A stretch of 16,806 nucleotides of DNA from Alphaproteobacteria bacterium. GTDB lineage: Bacteria > Pseudomonadota > Alphaproteobacteria > UBA6615. The notes under the pieces are model-generated. The model saw only the letters and a program-made list of their open reading frames with translations. It did no database searches and was not told where the DNA came from. Shown one piece after another: positions 7,568 through 14,968 of this stretch. The DNA is taken from NCBI GenBank assembly GCA_965261975.1, contig CBDHEC010000054.1, positions 1-16,806 on the forward strand. The letters run 5' to 3'. The stretch's first letter is position 1, and the number at the start of each line of letters is the position of its first letter. Made by a program: the position numbers and the translations under genes.

Positions 7568-8467
7568 ATGACGATCACGCGTGTCGAGAAACTGATCTAC
7601 GGCGTCGAGGATATGGACACGGGCGCCAATTACTATCGCGACTGGGGCGTGGACGAGGTCGAGAGCGGCCCCGAATGCAGGGTTTTCAAGACCCGCACGA
7701 ACCAGTTCATCGAGCTGCGCCGGGCCGATGATCCGTCCCTGCCGGGCTCACCCGATCCCGCAAAATCGACCCTGCGCCGTGCGATCTGGGGTGTGCGTGA
7801 TGCCGATGGGCTCAAGGAACTGGGCGAGGACCTCGCACGTGATCGTGACGTGGTCGACGAAGGCGGCACGATCTGTTTCGCCGACGAGAGCGGCAATGGG
7901 CTGGGCCTGGTGGTCTCATCACCGACCCAGACCGACGTGGAGATCATCCCCCATAACGTCAACGATAATGCGCCGCGGATGAACGCGGTGATCTCGCCGG
8001 CGGCCCAGGCGAACCCGATTCGTATCGGCCATGTGGTCTACGGAATCGAGATGTCGGATCGGGAGAAAGCCGTTGATTTTTACCTGAACCGCCTGCGCTT
8101 CCGCATGTCGGACAGCACCAAGACCGGCGGCGATTTCATGCGCTGCGAGGGTGGACATGATCATCACAACCTGTTCCTGATCAGCCGTGCCGACCGCAAC
8201 TTCTTCGATCACGCCTCCTTCGAGGTCGAGAATTTCGACATGGTGATGATGGGCGGCAAGTTCATGAAGGATAAGGGCTGGGACCCGGACACGACCCCGG
8301 GCCGGCATATCCTGGGCTCGAACTTCTTCTGGTACTTCAACAACCCGGCCGGCGGGCGGACCGAGTATTTCGCCGATATGGACCGCATGGATGATAGCTG
8401 GGAGCCGCGCATCTGGGACGAGAGCCCGGGTTTTGCCCTGTGGACGGTCGACGACGCGACGCTTTAG
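7568..8467 (+). CDS. VOC/glyoxalase superfamily extradiol-type ring-cleavage dioxygenase
   Basis: 299 aa, two-domain VOC. Candidate His-His-Glu triad IGHVV / FDHASFEV / RTEYF; HHNLFL; PGRHILGSNFFWYFNNPAGG signature. SD GGAGG. Confidence 0.85.
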   Translation: MTITRVEKLIYGVEDMDTGANYYRDWGVDEVESGPECRVFKTRTNQFIELRRADDPSLPGSPDPAKSTLRRAIWGVRDADGLKELGEDLARDRDVVDEGGTICFADESGNGLGLVVSSPTQTDVEIIPHNVNDNAPRMNAVISPAAQANPIRIGHVVYGIEMSDREKAVDFYLNRLRFRMSDSTKTGGDFMRCEGGHDHHNLFLISRADRNFFDHASFEVENFDMVMMGGKFMKDKGWDPDTTPGRHILGSNFFWYFNNPAGGRTEYFADMDRMDDSWEPRIWDESPGFALWTVDDATL

Positions 8468-8470
8468 CGA

Positions 8471-9598
8471 TTACGCGTTCAGAACCGCCAGCATCGCGTC
8501 CAGGTGGGCCGCGCCGAAGGCCTTGGTGCGGTCCGGCGACCAGCCGAAGGTCGCGTCGGGCCGGTCGGCATTGTCCTTGAAGGGCATCTCCAGGGTCAGC
8601 GCCAGGCAGCCGAATTCCTCGGCCACCCAGTTGGAACAGAGCGTCATGTTGCCCTTGCCCGGCTTGGCGTCGGGATAGCCGTATTTGGTCTGGAAGTCGG
8701 GGCTGGCGGTCAGTAACGCCCCGGAGAAGATCTCCTGCAGGGCCTTCTGGCGATCGCTGAGCGAGGGGATCCCCATCATTCCGGCGAGGAAGTTGTAGGG
8801 CAGGGCCTCGTCGCCATGAACGTCGAGGCAGAAATCCACACCCGTTTCCTGCATCCGCTGGCGGACCAGGAACACTTCCGGGCTGCGATCCATGGCCGGT
8901 TCCGACCATTCCCGGTTGAGATTGGCCCCCGCCGCGTTGGTGCGCAGATGGCCGCGGCGTGATCCATCCGGGTTCATGTTGGGGACGATGTGGAAGACCG
9001 CGCGGTCGAGCAACGCCTGCGCCGTGCGATCTGAGGCATCGAGAAGCCGCGCGAGGAAACCCTCCATCCACCATTCGGCCATGCTCTCACCCGGGTGCTG
9101 GCGGGCGATGGCCCAGAAATTCTGCTTGTCGTCGCCCAGCTCGCCGATCGTCAGCAGGTCCATGGCCTGGCCGTCGAGGGTCTCGCCCAGGACGCTCAGC
9201 GAGACCCGGTCATCGCGCTGCGCATTGGCGATCAAATCCGCATGGCGTTCCATGGAATAGGGCGCGAAATAGGCGTACCAGACGCTGTCCGTCGCCGGTG
9301 TGTGTTCGATGGTCAGCACGCCCTTCTCGTAGCTCGACGGCACCCTTAACCATGTCTCCCGGTCGCTCGAGGCGACGGCCTGGTATCCCTCCCAGCCCTT
9401 GGGGTAGGCGGCGCCGGCGGCGTTCATGATCTTCATGGAGACGGGCGTGTCCTTCGCGCCGGTCAGGCGGAAGTGAAACCACATGTAGAAGTCGGAATTA
9501 TTGTCCTTGGCGATCTCCAGCCGGATGTCCCCGGGATCCGAGGCGTCCAGGCAGACGATATTGCCGCTGTCGAAGTTGCTGGAGAGGTGGAGGGGCAT
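8471..9598 (-). CDS. M14-type cytosolic zinc carboxypeptidase (Nna1/CCP-like)
   Basis: 375 aa; N-domain FDSGNI..WFHFRL..YFAPYS; catalytic RQHPGE, MNPDGS..GHLRTNA..NLNR, DVHGDE, TLEMPFKD. Confidence 0.93.
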   Translation of the reverse strand: MPLHLSSNFDSGNIVCLDASDPGDIRLEIAKDNNSDFYMWFHFRLTGAKDTPVSMKIMNAAGAAYPKGWEGYQAVASSDRETWLRVPSSYEKGVLTIEHTPATDSVWYAYFAPYSMERHADLIANAQRDDRVSLSVLGETLDGQAMDLLTIGELGDDKQNFWAIARQHPGESMAEWWMEGFLARLLDASDRTAQALLDRAVFHIVPNMNPDGSRRGHLRTNAAGANLNREWSEPAMDRSPEVFLVRQRMQETGVDFCLDVHGDEALPYNFLAGMMGIPSLSDRQKALQEIFSGALLTASPDFQTKYGYPDAKPGKGNMTLCSNWVAEEFGCLALTLEMPFKDNADRPDATFGWSPDRTKAFGAAHLDAMLAVLNA

Positions 9599-9607
9599 GG
9601 AAAACCT

Positions 9608-10654
9608 CTAGGGAATGATCCGGTTGTCGCGCAGTTTCTGCAGTTGGCGGGTGATGGTCGCCGGGGTGTCGCGGAAGCCGGTCCAGCCCGCCCCGACGAT
9701 CTTCGTGAGGCTGGAGACCTGGTCCATGTCGTTGCCCAGCGCCATATCGAGATAGGCCCAGTTGACCAGCTGGTCCAGTGCGAAGGGCTGAAGATCGTGC
9801 CGCGCCGCGAGTTCGGTCCAGACCGGGCCCTTGGGGCCCATGGTGTCGGCGATCGCGATGGGGGCGGGGCCGCCGACGTCCATCTCGAAGAAGTCCGCGA
9901 TGCGCGGCCAGGCCTCGTGCCAGCGGAACAGGTCGCCATTGGTGATGTTGAAGGCGTTGTTCGCGGCCGCCGGCGTCGTCGCGGCCCAGAGCATGGCCTC
10001 GGCCAGCAAATCCGCGTCGATCAGCTGATACAGGCGGTCAAAGAAGCCCCGGTTTCCCGGCCAGCGGAGCGGCTGACCCTCGGCCTTCGACAGGGCGGCG
10101 TAACATGCGATCCCCGTCAGCAGGTTCATGGCGCTGCCGGTCGAGAACCCCCACACGCCGTGGGGCCGCAGGGCGGACCATGACCAGCCGGCGCCCTTGC
10201 GCCGTTCGACCAGCCAGTCCTGCTGGGCGTGATAGAAATGCTCGACCGCCGGGCGCGGGTCGTCCTCGCGCGCCGGGGTCTTGTAGGCGCCCAGGAAGGT
10301 CCCGTACCACTTGGCCCCGTGCATCAGCTGGACATGCGCCAGGCCCGGCGCTGACGCTTCCACGGCGTCCATCAGGTTGGCGAGCATCGCGACATTCACC
10401 GGGATCTCGGCCGCCACCGTCTCCTGCTGGCTGTAGGCGGTATAGAAGACATGGGTGATGTCGGCGTGGTCCGCGAGCTTGGCCCGGCAGTCCGCCGGGT
10501 CATTCAGATCGGCCGAGATGAACGCCGCCCGGGTCTCGAAATCGGGCGCGCGGCGCGAGATCGCGACGATCTCCCAGTCGCGCTGGTCTTCGAGATGGGT
10601 GAGCAGGGCCCGGCCGGTCACGCCCAGCGCGCCCGCAATCAGCGCCTTCGCCAT
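9608..10654 (-). CDS. Atypical SDR of the progesterone 5-beta-reductase/VEP1 (PRISE) family
   Basis: Start MAKALIAGALGVTG at 10654 with SD GGAGG; 348 aa. ISRR, THVFYTAY, GAKWYG, EDDPR, FYHAQQD, WSWSALRP, AFNITNGDLFRW. Confidence 0.9.
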   Translation of the reverse strand: MAKALIAGALGVTGRALLTHLEDQRDWEIVAISRRAPDFETRAAFISADLNDPADCRAKLADHADITHVFYTAYSQQETVAAEIPVNVAMLANLMDAVEASAPGLAHVQLMHGAKWYGTFLGAYKTPAREDDPRPAVEHFYHAQQDWLVERRKGAGWSWSALRPHGVWGFSTGSAMNLLTGIACYAALSKAEGQPLRWPGNRGFFDRLYQLIDADLLAEAMLWAATTPAAANNAFNITNGDLFRWHEAWPRIADFFEMDVGGPAPIAIADTMGPKGPVWTELAARHDLQPFALDQLVNWAYLDMALGNDMDQVSSLTKIVGAGWTGFRDTPATITRQLQKLRDNRIIP

Positions 10655-10721
10655 GATGTGTGTCCCTCCCGGTGACGATCGCCACCGCCGCGCGATACTA
10701 TCAGTCGGGGGAGACGAAACC

Positions 10722-11123
10722 ATGCTCGAAAAATTCGCCGATATGACGCTCCAGTATCAAGGGGAGACCATCTGGGTGCCGGAGGCGAAGTTCGGCGACT
10801 ATATCGGCAGCGGGACCGGCGAGATCACCGGAGACGTGCTGTCCGGGGACGTGAAATGGAGCCTGTTCGAGAACGAGGCGCCCGATGTGTGTGATTTCAC
10901 CCTCACGGGAACCATTCACGACGCCGAGGGCGTCGAGCACGGTTTCGAGATACTGGGCTACTCCGCGCATGAACCCGATACGCGCAGCTGGCGGTTGTCG
11001 GCCGGCATCCGGTTTACCGCGTGCCCACCGGATGCCGCCTATCCGGCGGTCGGTGTTGTCACGGGGGCCTTCGTGACGGCGAGCCGGAGCCACCATTACG
11101 AATTGTTCCGGAATCGGCCGTAA
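10722..11123 (+). CDS. Small hypothetical beta-barrel protein, possibly DUF3237-like
   Basis: ATG 10722 with SD GGAG; 133 aa rich in alternating strands. GTGEITGDVLSGDVKW resembles the G-x-G..l-G-v motif of DUF3237-type barrels, and there is a later IRF-T element. Family tentative. Confidence 0.65.
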   Translation: MLEKFADMTLQYQGETIWVPEAKFGDYIGSGTGEITGDVLSGDVKWSLFENEAPDVCDFTLTGTIHDAEGVEHGFEILGYSAHEPDTRSWRLSAGIRFTACPPDAAYPAVGVVTGAFVTASRSHHYELFRNRP

Positions 11124-11168
11124 GCCCGGAAAAGCGGCGTTTCAGGCAATAGATATTCGCTTTACATA

Positions 11169-11186
11169 TTATTGATATATCAGTAA
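11169..11186. promoter_or_regulatory. Palindromic operator upstream of gntR (TTATTGATATATCAGTAA)
   Basis: Perfect core TGATATATCA at 11173-11182, extending to 18 bp with one mismatch, about 40 bp upstream of the gntR start. Confidence 0.7.
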
Positions 11187-11222
11187 GATCCGTGAAGATA
11201 GCAATCACCGGAGCGTCATGCC

Positions 11223-11885
11223 GTGGGCAAGAATCCGAATATCAGCTTGACCGACCAGGCCTATGGCCGCATCGAGGAATTGATCGTCACCCTGCAGCTG
11301 CCCCCCGGGGGCGCCGTTTCGGAAGGGGAGCTCTGCAACCAGACCGGTTTCGGCCGCACGCCGGTGCGCGAGGCCCTGATGCGCCTGTCCCAGCAGCGGC
11401 TGATCAACATCCTGCCCCGCCGGGGCATGTTCGTGACCGATATCAACGTCGAGACCCAGCTCTACCTGCTGGAGCTGCGCCGGGAAGTCGAGCCCCTGAT
11501 GGCCGGCCTCGCCGCGCGCCGGCGCACCGATGAGGAACGCTATGCCTTCGGCGAGATCGCCAGCGCCATGGAGGCCGCGGCGGCGGACCATGACGAGGAA
11601 GCTTTCCTGGCGTTGGACAAGGCGTTCAACGAGCTGGTCGGGAAGACCTGCCGAAACCCGTTCGCCCAGGCGACCATGGAACAGTGGAACCCGCTGGCGC
11701 GCCGCTTCTGGTACCAGCATCACCAGAAGGTCGGCGACCTGGCGCGCATGGCCGCGCTCCACGCCGATGTGGCCTGGGCGATCGGCGGCGGCGATGCGGA
11801 CGCGGCGGAGGAAGCCTGTGGCCGTCTGATCGCCTACCTGACCGGCTTCACCCGCGCCGCACTCGACGCCGAGCACGGCGAATAG
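11223..11885 (+). CDS. GntR family transcriptional regulator (FCD domain, FadR/VanR type)
   Basis: 220 aa from GTG. wHTH AYGRIEELIVTLQLPPG..SEGEL..GRTPVREALMRL..PRRGMFV; FCD LELRREVE..LAARR..DKAFN..NP..H. Confidence 0.95.
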   Translation: MGKNPNISLTDQAYGRIEELIVTLQLPPGGAVSEGELCNQTGFGRTPVREALMRLSQQRLINILPRRGMFVTDINVETQLYLLELRREVEPLMAGLAARRRTDEERYAFGEIASAMEAAAADHDEEAFLALDKAFNELVGKTCRNPFAQATMEQWNPLARRFWYQHHQKVGDLARMAALHADVAWAIGGGDADAAEEACGRLIAYLTGFTRAALDAEHGE

Positions 11886-11918
11886 GGCCGGGTTTCCGGC
11901 AGTTCATGAGTATTCTAT

Positions 11919-11930
11919 AGATATATCAGT
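11919..11930. promoter_or_regulatory. Second operator copy upstream of the FAD oxidoreductase (AGATATATCAGT)
   Basis: Shares 11 consecutive bases GATATATCAGT with 11174-11184; lies about 27 bp upstream of ATG 11957. Confidence 0.65.
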
Positions 11931-11956
11931 GATACAGAGCGCGGGACGAGGAGAGT

Positions 11957-13576
11957 ATGATGGCAACGAAGGGCGACACCGGACGCAAACTGAAATACTG
12001 GGGCTGGGGCTATGAGGACGCCGGCCTTGACGCGGACCAGACGAAGGCGCTGCTGGCGACCTTCGCCGACGGTTTCGCCATCAACCCCTCCCGCGACGGG
12101 GCCTTTCCGGCCCTCGACGCGATCGAGTTGCCGAAATCACGCCTCGAGGTGCCGTCGAACCTCGCGGACGTCTGCACAAACGACAGGTTCGAACGGGTCT
12201 ATCACGCCTTCGGCCAGTCCCAGCCCGACTCCCTGCGTACCTATGACGGGGATTTCGATCACGCACCCGACATTGTCGCCTTTCCCGAGAACGAAACCCA
12301 GATCGCAGAGATCTACGAATGGGCCGGGAAAACCAACGCGGCCGTCATCCCCTGGGGCGCGGGCTCGTCCGTCGTCGGCGGCGTTACGTCCGACGTGGGG
12401 TCGAAATACAACGGTACTATTTCCGTCGACATGGGCCGCATGAACAAGGTTTTGGAGGTGGACGAGGTGTCCCGGGCTGCGCGCATCCAGGGCGGCGCGC
12501 TGGGGCCCCAGCTCGAGGCCCAGCTCAAGCCGCATGGTTTGACTCTCCGGCATTTCCCCCAATCCTTCGAGCATTCGACCTTCGGCGGCTGGATCGCGAC
12601 GCGCTCCGGCGGCCATTTCGCGACCTTGTATACCCATATCGACGACCTGGTGGAGGCGACGACCACCGTCACCCCCGCCGGCGACATCGTCAGCCGCCGC
12701 CTGCCGGGTTCGGGCGCGGGCCCCAGCCCCGACCGTTTCGTGGCACTCGGCAGCGAGGGCGCGCTGGGCATCATCACCGAGGGCTGGGCCCGCCTGCAGG
12801 GCCGGCCGACCTTCAAGGCCACTGCGGGGTTTCGGTTTACCGACTTCTTCGCCGCCGCCCGCGCCGTGCGCGCCGTCTCCCAGGCCGGGCTGTTCCCGGC
12901 GAACGTGCGCATCGTCGACGGCACGGAGCTGCAGGTGAACGGCGCCGGCGACGGCAGTTTCACCCTGATGGTGGTCTCCTTCGAGAGCGCGGATCACCCG
13001 GTCGACGCGTGGATGGCGCGCGCGGAGGAGTGCTGCCTCGATCACGGCGGCACGGTGGACGTGCCCTGGCGCGACAACCCCGAGGCGCATCTCCAGGGCG
13101 CGGTCGGCGCGTGGCGCACGGCCTTCATCCGCATGCCGTATAACCGCGAGCAACTGACCCCGCGGGGCATCATCTCCGACACCTTCGAGACGGCGATCAC
13201 CTGGGACCGGTTCGAGGCGTTCTACGGCGCCATCAAGGAAGCGACCCAACACGCCATAAGGGACGTGACGGGCCATGACGGGGCGGTGTCCTGCCGCTTC
13301 TCACACGCCTATCCCGACGGCCCCGCACCCTATTTCGCCTTCCACGCGCCGGGCGACCCCGGCGCGATGCTCCAGCAGTGGCAGGAGATCAAGACCCGCG
13401 CGTCCGACGCGCTGATCAAGCATGGCGGCACCATCACCCACCACCACGCCGTGGGGCGCGACCATCAGAAATGGTACGAACAGCAGCGCCCGGCGCTGTT
13501 CGGGGATGTGATCGGGGATGCGAAGAAGCGGCTGGACCCGAAGGGGGTGCTTAATCCTGGGGTGATTGTGGGGTAA
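11957..13576 (+). CDS. FAD-binding oxidoreductase (VAO/PCMH family), alkyl-dihydroxyacetone-phosphate synthase (AgpS)-like
   Basis: 539 aa; YWGWG, PWGAGSSVVGG, RHFPQSFEHSTFGGWIATRSGGHFATLYTHIDD, GSGAGP, GSEGALGIIT, CRFSHAYPDG, GGTITHHHAVGRDH, DPKGVLNPG. SD GAGGAG. Confidence 0.9.
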   Translation: MMATKGDTGRKLKYWGWGYEDAGLDADQTKALLATFADGFAINPSRDGAFPALDAIELPKSRLEVPSNLADVCTNDRFERVYHAFGQSQPDSLRTYDGDFDHAPDIVAFPENETQIAEIYEWAGKTNAAVIPWGAGSSVVGGVTSDVGSKYNGTISVDMGRMNKVLEVDEVSRAARIQGGALGPQLEAQLKPHGLTLRHFPQSFEHSTFGGWIATRSGGHFATLYTHIDDLVEATTTVTPAGDIVSRRLPGSGAGPSPDRFVALGSEGALGIITEGWARLQGRPTFKATAGFRFTDFFAAARAVRAVSQAGLFPANVRIVDGTELQVNGAGDGSFTLMVVSFESADHPVDAWMARAEECCLDHGGTVDVPWRDNPEAHLQGAVGAWRTAFIRMPYNREQLTPRGIISDTFETAITWDRFEAFYGAIKEATQHAIRDVTGHDGAVSCRFSHAYPDGPAPYFAFHAPGDPGAMLQQWQEIKTRASDALIKHGGTITHHHAVGRDHQKWYEQQRPALFGDVIGDAKKRLDPKGVLNPGVIVG

Positions 13577-13606
13577 GGGGGTGCTCGTTAAGTCTACTCG
13601 AACACG

Positions 13607-14095
13607 TTATCGAGTATGAGTGCTTGAGAGCGCATTCATCTCCCACCGTTGGCGACCTGCAGGGTAGGAGCAAAATTTTTCTATTGGAGCCAATCTGGAT
13701 TTACTATTGGGCGCAAACAACGCGTAGTTGCGCAAAGTCTGGATGGAGGCCTCCCGAGATTCGCGTGATGTATCATCGCTATCTTCGGCAGTGTTTTGGC
13801 CATCTTCCACGGGCGGCCGGTCTAGGCTCCAGTGTCCAGTCGCATCGTCGAATTTCGCTTCTAGAGCCTGCAGATTGCCGTAGCTCTTTTTGGTATTGAG
13901 GGGAAACGGTGGTGACGTGAAAGCGAGCTGGACCTTGCCCTTATGTTCATCAAAAGGTTTGCTTTTCAATACCTTCAGGGAATCGCCACAGAAAGCTGAA
14001 CCCAGGTCTGTCGTATAGATAGGCGTTGATGCCCTGCGACCCTGACTGATTGCCTTGGCGATCTCCACGTCGTGTGTCTTTCCCCACGCAGGCAT
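13607..14095 (-). pseudogene. Truncated beta-class N4-cytosine DNA methyltransferase (M.PvuII-like N-terminus) fused to unrelated sequence
   Basis: IYTTDLGSAFCGDSLKVL..KVQLAFTSPPFPLNTKKSYGNLQ matches the M.PvuII-type start with catalytic TSPPF (13904-13918). Similarity stops near 13868; no FxGxG SAM motif. Low GC (28/60 at 13681-13740, 27/60 at 13921-13980). Confidence 0.8.
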
Positions 14096-14248
14096 GATGA
14101 GAGCCTATCTCCTTGAAGTTTCGCCAACCATATCTATCGCGCCATCTGCCGTAAACGCTGATGTCTTGGCATTTGGGCGGGCCTTTTTTGCATCCTTCCG
14201 CCCGTCAATCCGTCGTCAGCACGTTCTTGTAACAGGAGTACGAAACAA

Positions 14249-14647
14249 ATGACCAAACACATCGGCACATGGACCCTCGTCCGCGTCGAAGCCGTCGACG
14301 CCGACGGTGCGCCCGTCTCGCCGCAGCCCTATGGCGACGGGAACTATATCGGCCGGGTGGTGCTCACGGCCGACCGGCTGTCGTCCACCATCACCGACGC
14401 CCGGCCCGTCGTGCCCGCCGGCGAGGTGCGCGAATATTCCTGCTACACCGGTCTCTACACATTCGACGGAAAGACCCTGGTCACCACGGTCGACCAATCC
14501 TCCGACCCGGCGCGGATGGGCACGGAGCAGGTCCGCGACGTGTCGTTCGAGGGCGATCTCATGGTTCTGCGCCCGCCGCTCCAGCCCTATGGCGACCGGC
14601 CCGCCGAGCGGCGCACCCTGTGGTGGCGGAAGATCTCGGACGTTTGA
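14249..14647 (+). CDS. Lipocalin-like domain protein (Lipocalin_5 type)
   Basis: 132 aa; IGTWTLV, PYG..G, YTGLYTFDG, GTEQVR..FEGDLMVL, LWWRK. SD AGGAG; no signal peptide. Confidence 0.85.
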   Translation: MTKHIGTWTLVRVEAVDADGAPVSPQPYGDGNYIGRVVLTADRLSSTITDARPVVPAGEVREYSCYTGLYTFDGKTLVTTVDQSSDPARMGTEQVRDVSFEGDLMVLRPPLQPYGDRPAERRTLWWRKISDV

Positions 14648-14661
14648 GTTGTAGCCGTATC

Positions 14662-14685
14662 GTCATGCCCGGACTTGATCCGGGC
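14662..14685. repeat. Short REP-like palindrome GTCATGCCCGGACTTGATCCGGGC
   Basis: Stem GCCCGGA (14667-14673) / TCCGGGC (14679-14685) preceded by GTCAT; resembles GTCATGCCCGG-type intergenic repeats of Alphaproteobacteria. Confidence 0.6.
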
Positions 14686-14715
14686 GCGTGATTGAAGGCA
14701 CTGGCGCAGGCCCGA

Positions 14716-14848
14716 TCATGCTTCGAGACGCCGCCTTCGGCGGCTCCTCAGCATGAGGAACGAGCGAAGGGGACAGCGCCTCGGCGCGGAAACTACCCAA
14801 ACGCCTCACCCTGAGGAGGCGCGAAGCGCCGTCTCGAAGGGCGAGGCG
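14716..14848. repeat. Inverted pair of long REP-like palindromes (CCTCAnnCTGAGGAG..CGTCTCGAAG type)
   Basis: Unit A 14716-14758 reverse complement CCTCATGCTGAGGAGCCGCCGAAGGCGGCGTCTCGAAGCATGA. Unit B 14804-14846 CCTCACCCTGAGGAGGCGCGAAGCGCCGTCTCGAAGGGCGAGG. Each forms a bulged hairpin. Confidence 0.85.
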
Positions 14849-14968
14849 GAAGCTCCAGCCCCGCGCGTGCCGAATAGCGGCGTCCCGCCCCCGGGGACTC
14901 CCATTTCACACTCCAATACTGCAAAATCCGGCCTTCAGTCCTTCGCGTCACAACCCGCCGGTTTTGCC

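Noticed and set aside
13587-13616. Integron attC site (GTTAAGT fits GTTRRRY)
   Set aside because: There is no complementary partner box at a suitable distance, no long attC stem and no integrase.
13656-13873. CCTGCAG direct repeat as a target-site duplication interrupting the MTase
   Set aside because: Removing the segment gives LQVANGGR-stop and does not restore MTase sequence; likely chance.
14806-14904. Small minus-strand ORF MGVPGGGTPLF... with a GGAG SD
   Set aside because: Only 32 codons, ends within a REP, and has no recognisable homology.
14753-14968. 72-codon N-terminal extension of the monooxygenase
   Set aside because: It starts inside a REP unit and translates the repeats; family homology begins at MPKPIHINL (14969).
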